Of a DNA stretch of 64,000 bases, positions 54,723 to 64,000 are shown piece by piece. The stretch lies in the NCBI GenBank assembly GCA_964016885.1, contig OZ024742.1, forward strand, positions 203,360,001 through 203,424,000. Direction: 5' to 3'. The position numbers were made by a program, and so were the translations under genes. Below the pieces are notes generated by a model, which was not told the origin of the DNA, did no database searches, and saw nothing but the letters and a program-made list of their open reading frames with translations. Source of the DNA: Eledone cirrhosa. Lineage: Eukaryota. Numbering within the stretch: position 1 is the first letter of the stretch; every line of letters begins with the position of its first letter.

Positions 54723-55468
54723 TTAGTAGTAGTAGTATGGTGATGATGTATTTCATTTGCCACAAGGGCATCAGATAAAGGAGACATTACAAAGTAAATT
54801 TACATCAGGGAGTTGGAGAGGCTTACATAAAAATGAGAAATATATAATAAAAACTATAAAAATATAATTAAAGAAATATAAAAAATAAAAAATAAAAATC
54901 CCCAAAACTTGAATTCCGATTGTCTGATCAAATGATTGATCAATATTTTTTCATCAATATATCGATTAATTATTAGTATTTATTGATATCTATTTGGTAT
55001 AAATGTCTCCCTTGCAACGAGTTTATACTCCTGATATTAAATTGTATGTGTATTAGGACAGGAGGTGTTTGTGATGTAGACGTATATGTGTGAAAAAGTG
55101 TGTATGTTTGTGGGAGGTGCGATAGGGAGTATGTGTATGTATGTGAGTGTATTTGTGAGTGTGTCTTTGTATGTGAGTGTAAGTATGCCATGATGTGCGT
55201 GAGAGTGTGTATGTACGTGTGATATAGAGAAAGTGTGTATATGTCCGTATGTTCGTCTATGCTAGTACTTTTATGTATGTGTATGCTTCTAATATTAGAT
55301 AATCTATATCTGGTGAAGCCATTTCTGGGTTGTTAATAGATTCTGCTGAAATAGACATAGCAATGGTAGATATTGAAATATATATATATATGTGTATATA
55401 TATATACATATACATGCATATATACATATACATGTATATATACATATATAAATATAAATATATATATA

Positions 55469-55525
<57 letters not shown>

Positions 55526-56023
55526 AAATATAAATATATATATGTGTATTCATATATATATATATATATATACATGTATATATATGTACATGTATATATA
55601 TACATGTATATATGCATGCATATCTATGTGTGTATGTGTGTTTGTAGGCGTGTAAGTGTTTATGAGTTCATGTGTATTTGTGGGCAGTTAATATTTGTAG
55701 TGTCTACATACGAGTGTGTTAGTGTCTGTATATATGTATGTTTTAATTACCAGTAGCAGAAACACAGCCTGATTTACAACAGAGGCATATATGGAAGCAT
55801 ACACAATATGTTTATATATGATAATTATATATATAAGTCTCGCTGTAAGTATTTTAAGCTGTTTATTATACATAAACATATTGCATATGCTTCCATATAT
55901 ACCTGTATAGAGTAAATTTGTAAATTTGTCTGTTAAGTTTTACACGTCTTTTTAGAACAGTCGTTTCAGGACGTTGGATAATATAAGTGCAACACTTCTC
56001 TTAAGAACGAAGATCTGGTTTAA

Positions 56024-56238
56024 CCCTTTAGCATTTACATTATTCTATATATACTATTATATTTTCACTGTAAAGACTTTACCTAATATAATTATCTCAC
56101 ATAATATTGAATCTATGAGATTTTGATATTATTTATTTTGAGAACAATGCCTTAACATCCGTATATTATCAGCCGTTATTGTCGTTTTGAAAAGAGGGGA
56201 AGTAATTGTGGCCAGATACAGCCGTTTCTGTTAAAGGG
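56024..56238. mobile_element. piggyBac-type MITE with TTAA target duplication
   Basis: TTAA|CCCTTTAGCA ... TGTTAAAGGG|TTAA. Confidence 0.8.
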
Positions 56239-56861
56239 TTAAATGTTTGCAAGTATATTTTTAAAATAAAAGTATAAAAAACGGACAGGGCCCTTAATTC
56301 CGAATAAAGACAGGAATGCTATCATGAAACAAAGTATTTCTTAAGCATTTTAAATCTAGCAAGGACACTGATACTCCTGACAGAAGACAACCAGGTTAAT
56401 CCAAAGAAAGAAAGAGATGGAGGGAAAAATCTACCCCAGTACTAAACTGATGTTTTATTTATCGACCTCGAACGGAAAAATGACAACGTTTATCACAAAG
56501 GGATTTGAACTCAATGCATGGGCAGCCGCAACAAATACCTATGCATTTTAAACCCGATTTCCTAACGATCCTGTTATTTCACGGTAGAGTAAAGATGTAT
56601 TACATTGGAATATTGTTTAACATTACTATGATTTCTTCATTTTCACATTTACGTACATATTTCATATATCTATATAGTAGAGGAATCCTTTCTGTCTGAA
56701 GACTGAGCAATTTTAAATGAAGGGAAGTGCACTTTCTTTTCGTCTGTCTATTCTATTTGAAACAACTCATCCCAATATGGAAAATTGAATGTAAAATGTT
56801 GTGGTATATAAATATTTTGGTATATAACATTGTGGTATATAAATATTTATACAGACACATA

Positions 56862-56927
<66 letters not shown>

Positions 56928-56963
56928 GTTGAAAATTGCAAACTTGACTGTCACCACAGAATA

Positions 56964-57002
56964 TGAACCTGAAGATTGCGAAAGTATGAAAGTACTTGTT
57001 CA
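56964..57002 (+). ncRNA. Minimal (39-nt) type I hammerhead ribozyme
   Basis: TGAAC-CTGAAGA-TTGC-GAAA-GTAT-GAAA-GTAC-TT-GTTCA, inside a (TA)n-flanked unit at ~56925-57180. Confidence 0.8.
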
Positions 57003-57465
57003 ATTAACACTTAACATTTAATATTCTACCATACTATTTCATTCTAATACTATTTCATTCTAATACCATTATAAATTTTAAAGGATTGTAAATAAAACGA
57101 GTAAATCAGACAAAGTTGGAATTCCTTTTATTAATATAATCTTCTATACACAATCATACACACCCGTGTATATTTATCTATATATATATGTATATATATA
57201 TATGAGTATATCTATATATATTGACAATCGCCTCCGGTGAATGCGAGAAAGTTCTCTAGGAAAGTTAACCACGAATCTTTAAAAATATCCCCACTGAAGT
57301 TAACAACGAACTTACTAGATGTACAAAACCAAATTGTAAAATCATATTATAAAATAAAATTAAATTGTTTAGAACTACAAGTGAAGTAATTCTTTTCCTT
57401 TTTTTAAATATATATGTGTATATAATTAGTTTCAACTAGAATAGACAGACGAAAAGAAAGTGCAC

Positions 57466-58799
57466 TAACTGTGGTCAGAAATGTTTTTCTTATATCAAAG
57501 TTTATTGGGCTTCCACTGATGATTTATAGGCGCCCACCTAAATATATTCTTACATGAATGTATATTAGGCTTCTACATAAACTGGAAGTATTCTCCGAAT
57601 TTGTAGAAAACTTATAATGAAACAATTGTTTGGAAAGAGAGATATATTTTAACTTTAATTATATCTCATAAAATAATACAACTGGCTTTTCCACATAATA
57701 CATATTGTTAGCACCCCAAACACTTAAATTGGGTTTATATTAAAATATAACCTTATGTTTGTTGAGTGAGATGGTTACCAGTCAGACATTAGCTTTAAAC
57801 TATCTCTGTTATTGTATTAATATTTTACTCTTGATTGGCCAGAGGTGTTTATTTCCAGGTACCTTATAGATTTGACTTTCCGTATTTATTACTGTTGTGC
57901 GATATTGTGGTTTTTATTGGTTGTGACTTCTCTGTTTTTTAGCCTAAGAAATATATATATGCCTATGTATATAATTACATGCATACATTTATTTTTTAAA
58001 ATTAATTGAGTTCTTTACACGAGGAATTGATATTAGTTTTGAAATAACTAATTAACCCGCGTGTGTTTTATATTTTACTCTTAATTCGGCCGGAGATTTA
58101 CATTCCCATTTGCCCTTTAAAGCATAACTTTCCGTATTTACTACGGTTACGAGATGCGGTTTCTTATTCAGGTACAACCTCTATTTTTAGCCTAAGAAAA
58201 TATCTATATGCGTGTGTAATTTATACACGCATATATTTATTTTTTTTTATTTCAATTGAGTTCTTAACACGTTGGATTGATAATGTTTTCGAAAAAACTG
58301 ATTAACCCGCGTGTATATTATTTTTTTCCTCCTTTCGTGGATCGTAGTTTAGTGACGCTATAATACTTCCTCAGTCAAAAACTGCTGGAATTTCAAATTT
58401 GCCGGTCATTCGATGCGGGAAGGAGCAACTTAACGGACACGATTTTTAACTGTGGTAAGAAATGTTTTTCTTATATCAAAGTTTAATGGGCTTCCACTGA
58501 TGATTTATAAACGCCCACCTAAATATATTCTTACATGAATGTATATTAGGCTTCTACATAAACTGGAAGTATTCTCCGAATTTGTAGAAAACTTATAATG
58601 AAACAATTGTTTGGAAAGAGAGATATATTTTAACTTTAATTATATCTCATAAAATAATACAACTGGCTTTTCCACATAATACATATTGTTAGCACCCCAA
58701 ACACTTAAATTGGGTTTATATTAAAATATAACCTAATGTTTGTTGAGTGAGATGGTTACCAGTCAGAGATTAGATTTAAACTATCTGTTATTGTATTAA
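57466..58799. repeat. Near-identical ~350-bp direct repeat (57466-57820, 58447-58799) with an older internal ~245-bp duplication
   Basis: Direct sequence match; sub-repeats at 57820-58062 and 58066-58315. Confidence 0.85.
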
Positions 58800-58802
58800 A
58801 AC

Positions 58803-58920
<118 letters not shown>

Positions 58921-59309
58921 TCGAAGCTCTGGATTTTATCCTTAATAGGATATTTCCAAAAGCGAACGAAACCCTAAGGGTAGAAACGTGTTCCTGGTAT
59001 GTGTATATGCATTTTTTCTTCTAACTTTAATTTTATACCTAATTATGTATGGTTGACGGTATATTTAATCGATTTCCACGTGCTATTGAAATGTTGGGTA
59101 AATATTCTATAGTGGTTGGTCGCGAATAGATTGCTGTCGTTTATTTATCTACTATTTCTTCATAGGTGCCTTTTAATCTCATAGCCTGGTCTAATTGATT
59201 TTTTGTGTGGTTAATTATGCTAATTGGGAGAGGAAAGGGTGTATATATATTATCAAATGATTCTATGGACATACTTTATAGTATATATATATATGTATGT
59301 ATGTATGTA

Positions 59310-59532
59310 TGGACATGCTCACCGACATCCGGAGTTGACATTAAACTCAGTGCTCCTTTGGGAGCCCCTACATGGACACACTAGAAGAGGAAGACCAAGG
59401 TTAACATATGTTGATGCCCTAAGGACAGACACTGGTCTGTTGGAGATGCAGGATATGGCAGCGATAATGAGGGACAGAGACCGCTGGAGAGAACCGTCCA
59501 TGGATCTCGGGAATTTTACCCGCCTTAGATAG
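59310..59532 (+). mobile_element. RTE/RTEX LINE 3' fragment
   Basis: GHAHRHPEL..VLLWEPLHGHTRRGRPRLTYVDAL..DTGL..MRDRDRW. Confidence 0.8.
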
Positions 59533-59919
59533 ATGTATGTATGCAAATATCTTTACATGCACACACACATATATATACACCCTATTTTTCTACCTACATT
59601 AATGCTACTACCTCTCTGTATACTCTTACATACATATACACACACACGTCTGTGTGTGTGTGTTTGTGTCTAATATTTATTTAATCAAATTAAAGATATG
59701 TATAGAGCTGGTAAGCTATGAGAGACTGAAAACATCTCTAATACCCATAATAATTGTTTCTACTTTAGGCACAAGGCCATCTAATACCCATAATAATTAA
59801 AAAACAGAAACAAGAGACATAAAGTAAAAATATGTCTCTATGTAGTTATATCTATGTAACAAGACAAATACGTTATGTGTAAGATAGCGAGATGGCGCAA
59901 ATTTTTTTTTTTAAAGATA

Positions 59920-60795
59920 GATAGATTTCTTTATTTGCCACAAGGACGCACAAGAAAAGGGGGCAATACAAAGACACATGCCGGGGATTTTACATACATC
60001 GTGTAAAAATATTGAAACAAACAATTATAACAATCGAAATCCCCAATAGGGGAGAGGCGCCACAAATGGGTTGTTTAACACCCCGTCGATAGAACAACCC
60101 TCAACTTCAGAAGCGTGTTGTGCAAGTGCTCCCTTCTCCCTTTTACTCTCTTTAACCTACAGGCTTATAAACAGAGAAGGCCCAATCACTCGGGCCATTT
60201 TCGCTTCATTCACCCACCTTTAAGTAAATTTACTGGGGTGCAGTGCCCCTCTCTCCACTCTGATTCTCCTTCTAAAGTGATACTTAAAGAAGGGAATCAA
60301 TTGTTGTCCGGAGAGAAAGGCATCTGCCCTCAGTCCTCTCAATCTCGTCCACCATATAACCTCTTTCACCATAGCCACTGTACAGAGGAAAACCGCCCCT
60401 CTTTCGTTTTTGAAAGAGGCTGGCGGTTTGATCCTTACTATGGACTCGGCAGTCAACTGGATTTGTCCCATACGCGACAGCAGTTGTTCTGCATAGTTCC
60501 ACAGGTCGGTTACGCCCGGGCAGTGTACAATTGTGTGCAAGACGGTTTCAATTTCCTGCTCGCATCTTGGACACGTCCTCTTGGAAGGATCCCTGCCGGG
60601 GCGTCCGTGCCTGTAGATCTTATCTCGAACGGGTAGAGCTCCTCGGTAGCAGTGCCAGGCCAGAGACTTCTGGAAGTTGTCCATAGATTCCGGGCGGAAA
60701 GTCCTACCGAACAGACTGGTGAGCTCGTCGTCTTCGACGCCTAGAATCTCCCCGAGCACGTCGTCGCACTTGTAAAGTACTAACCCTCTATAGTA
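59920..60795 (-). mobile_element. Tx1/L1-like LINE 3' fragment
   Basis: ORF 60220-60816 MDNFQKSLAWHCYRGALPVRDK..CPRCEQEIETVLHTIVHC..VKEVIWWTR; a paralog of 52862-54295. Confidence 0.88.
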
Positions 60796-60981
60796 GATAG
60801 ATAGATAGATATGCATGTTTGAGTGTGTATATATATATAATAGAAAAAAACGAGGCAGTTTTGTTTACACATGAAAAATATTTATTGCATATCGATCTTT
60901 TACGCGAGTTTCGCAGTGTTTTGGCTCAACCTGACCCGTAGGAGTTATGAACCCCACTCCAGTATTTCACCGTAATACCTA

Positions 60982-61059
<78 letters not shown>

Positions 61060-61062
<3 letters not shown>

Positions 61063-61201
61063 GAAGGACTTGTGGTGAGGAATCAGATGGACCATATCGC
61101 ACCAGAGTACTCAATACTTAGGGTAGTAGAGTGGGTAAGAGGAGTCCAGAAATAGCCGTCGAAACGGCTTGAGCTCTGCCGTCGGGATCATACTTTCTCC
61201 T
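61060..61201. mobile_element. Family A pLTR remnant with inversion
   Basis: Tail on the minus strand (61060-61137) joined to an inverted plus-strand segment (61143-61201) within (TA)n. Confidence 0.6.
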
Positions 61202-61224
61202 ATATATATATATATATATATATA

Positions 61225-62285
61225 TAAGCACGAATATAGAATTCCTTGTGGAAACGTCTTTTAATAGCCCTAACTTTTTTCTACCTCTTCTGATTATCAT
61301 TTCGTTTCAAATAAATGATTACAGACATCAAGCTAACTCACCAAATAAAAAGGCACGCTCAAACCTTTTATTTAAAGGCAGAACATAGGGATTTAGAAAT
61401 TACTCACTCCCTGAAAGTTGCACGGTCATTTGTTGTGAACATTCGCAATGAGCTGGAAGCACTGATGGAGATTCTACATCAGTAGCCTATACCATCAGAA
61501 CACCGACGTTTGTATGGAAAGCGAGAAAATCATCGATAAGAATCCCACAATGCTAAGGAGCTTAAGATTTCACGGAAGAATTGCACATGAAGGTCTTCGA
61601 TACAAGTCATATGTGATGTGGAGAGGTCAATTCATGTCTGCAAAGGCAAAAGAAAACCTGATCTGCAGAAAGTGCTTGTTCGGCAAGTTGAAAAGCCTGG
61701 AATGCTTTGGTTTTTCTCTGGTGAGAAAAATTGATCAGGACCATGCACAGAAATATTCCGACAACTGTGATGGTTCTGTGAGTCCTATGCAACGAGGGAT
61801 ATGTCATTCCTCATCATTTCTTTTTTTTCAGGGATTAAGGGTCAATACTGCTGACTATAAGGAGCTGTTGGAGAGGGTTGTGGGAACTTGGGTTGAAAGC
61901 GTCAGCAAAGAAAGTCTGTATACCTACCAACAAGATGCTGCGCCGTCTCAAAAGGCTAAAACGGATGCATTATAATCTCAAGGATCACCTCTTCCTAAAG
62001 ACATGGCCTCCTAACTCTCCAGACCTGAGGTCGAGAGGGAAGTCAGTCAACACCCCACTGAAACAATAAAATCTTTTAAGTCCGGCATAACTAGCACTAC
62101 GTACAAAAGAGATCAAAATCACCCGATTCGCGTATGTCAACTACAGATTCACTATATAGATGGGCCAAGGAGAGGCTCGAACTTATTAATGCTAGTATTT
62201 TTTTGAAATAAAGCTTTTATTTCATGACTTATTTATCTTTTACTAAATTCATGCGAATGTCCTCAAAGTAATGAGCAGCCCTCAA
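61225..62285 (+). mobile_element. Decayed Tc1/mariner-superfamily transposon (maT/DD37D-like)
   Basis: Fragmented transposase: LEI..SLKVARSFV, LRYKSY..RGQFMS, FSGEKN (D1 region), GLRVNTADY..YQQDAAPS (D2), WPPNSPDL; TIR-like right end near 62260-62283. Confidence 0.75.
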
Positions 62286-62838
62286 TCAGTTTATGTGTGC
62301 GTGTACAAAGTTGCACATTTTTGTATATATAGTATATATAAAAATCATACACAGTGTATTCATATACACACCGTTTCTTAGGTGCACACAGATGTTTGTA
62401 TAGCCTCTTCGAATAAATTTATATATAGAAACAAAGACATATATATACGTGCAATTATAAATATACACGTATCAACACAATCATATACTAAATACATACT
62501 CATATATACTCACTCATTATATATATATATAGAGAGAGAAGAGGGTACGTATGTGTGTGTGTGTGTGTGGATGCATAAAATATCATTGTACGCTTTCCAA
62601 GGAAATATGTTGAAATGTTAAAATCTATATCCACATATAATGATATAAGCTTATATATGCATATACATATACACACACATACATATATGTATATATATGC
62701 ATGTATAAAAATATATAAATTGGTGTATGTGTGTGTATATGTATTTACATATATATGCTCATATCATTATATGTGGATATAGATTTCAACATTTCAACAT
62801 ATTTCCTTAGAAAGGGTACAATGATATTTTATGCACAC

Positions 62839-62916
<78 letters not shown>

Positions 62917-62979
62917 ATATATATATACCCTTTTATATGTATGTAGACACACACCCCACGCTCTCTCTCTCCCTCTCTC

Positions 62980-63044
<65 letters not shown>

Positions 63045-63328
63045 TGGATACGGGGTCCCCCTCACCACTCACTCACATTATTTTAAAACTACAGCCCCAA
63101 AATACATAAATAATCAAAACTTATATACCTTGAAATAATTCAATCAATCTTGATTTAGAATCAATAAAATTAATGTTCGCTCATTTTTTTCTTTTTATTA
63201 TTATTCGAATTTTCAAACTTTTCCAGCTAGGAAATATTGGATTTGTAATATGTGTGCGTGTGTATGTGTATGTGTGTGTGTGTGTGTGTGTGTGCGTGTG
63301 TGTGTGAGTGTGTGTACAGTTTTACGTA

Positions 63329-63642
<314 letters not shown>

Positions 63643-63875
63643 TGGTGAAGGCGTGTGGCTGAGTGGTTAGAGAATTGGATTCACAATCTTGAGGTTGTGA
63701 GTTCGATTCCTGGACCGGGCGATGCGTTATGTCCTTGAGCAAGACACTTTATTTCACGTTGCTCCTTCTACCTGGAGTTGCGACCGATAGATAGTACTAG
63801 CAACTGGAAAGACCAACGGAAACATTGTTTCCTCGGTCCGATTTGACGAAAGTCGGTCGATTAAAAAAAAAAAAA
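63643..63875 (+). mobile_element. Complete tRNA-derived CORE-like SINE
   Basis: A box TGGCTGAGTGG, B box GTTCGATTCC, GTCCTTGAGCAAGACACTTTATTTCAC core, poly(A) end. Confidence 0.85.
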
Positions 63876-64000
63876 TATATATATATATATGAAATCCAAC
63901 CGTGACCATCTCCACTGAAAGTTTTCAGGAAATAGTCTTTAAGACTATACAGAGCATTTGATGTTTTTCCAAATTGAAGGATAAGTATTTTAGACTTTAT

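Noticed and set aside
58955-58998. CGAACGA-AACCC-TAA-GGGTA-GAAA-CGTG-TT-CCTGG
   Set aside because: Probably a decayed hammerhead in a pLTR remnant, but the core and stem I are broken, so it is not called.
63643-63720. tRNA gene
   Set aside because: The A/B boxes belong to a SINE head that continues into a CORE-like body; no full cloverleaf.

Overview
Eukaryotic, AT-rich, repeat-dominated DNA. The SINE/LINE repertoire and dense (TA)n/(CA)n/(TAA)n microsatellites suggest a coleoid cephalopod such as Octopus (inference). I could not support any host protein-coding exon, and most ORF-track entries are microsatellite translations. Coding remnants all come from transposons: a near full-length R4/Dong-type RLE LINE plus two 3' fragments, three Tx1/L1-like fragments, a Naiad/Neptune-like Penelope fragment, an internally deleted CRE element with an N-terminal PHD finger, two RTE 3' ends and a decayed Tc1/mariner transposase. 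There are also dozens of tRNA-derived SINEs, several MITEs and a non-autonomous Helitron. The main hidden signal is RNA-level. About 14 type I hammerhead ribozyme motifs from at least 7 unrelated non-coding families sit in Penelope pLTR-like or retrozyme-like units embedded in (TA)n tracts. One is a 590-bp, ~99% identical tandem array whose hammerhead carries a compensatory U3:A8 core (UUGAUAA). All folds were made by eye, and repeat boundaries are approximate.
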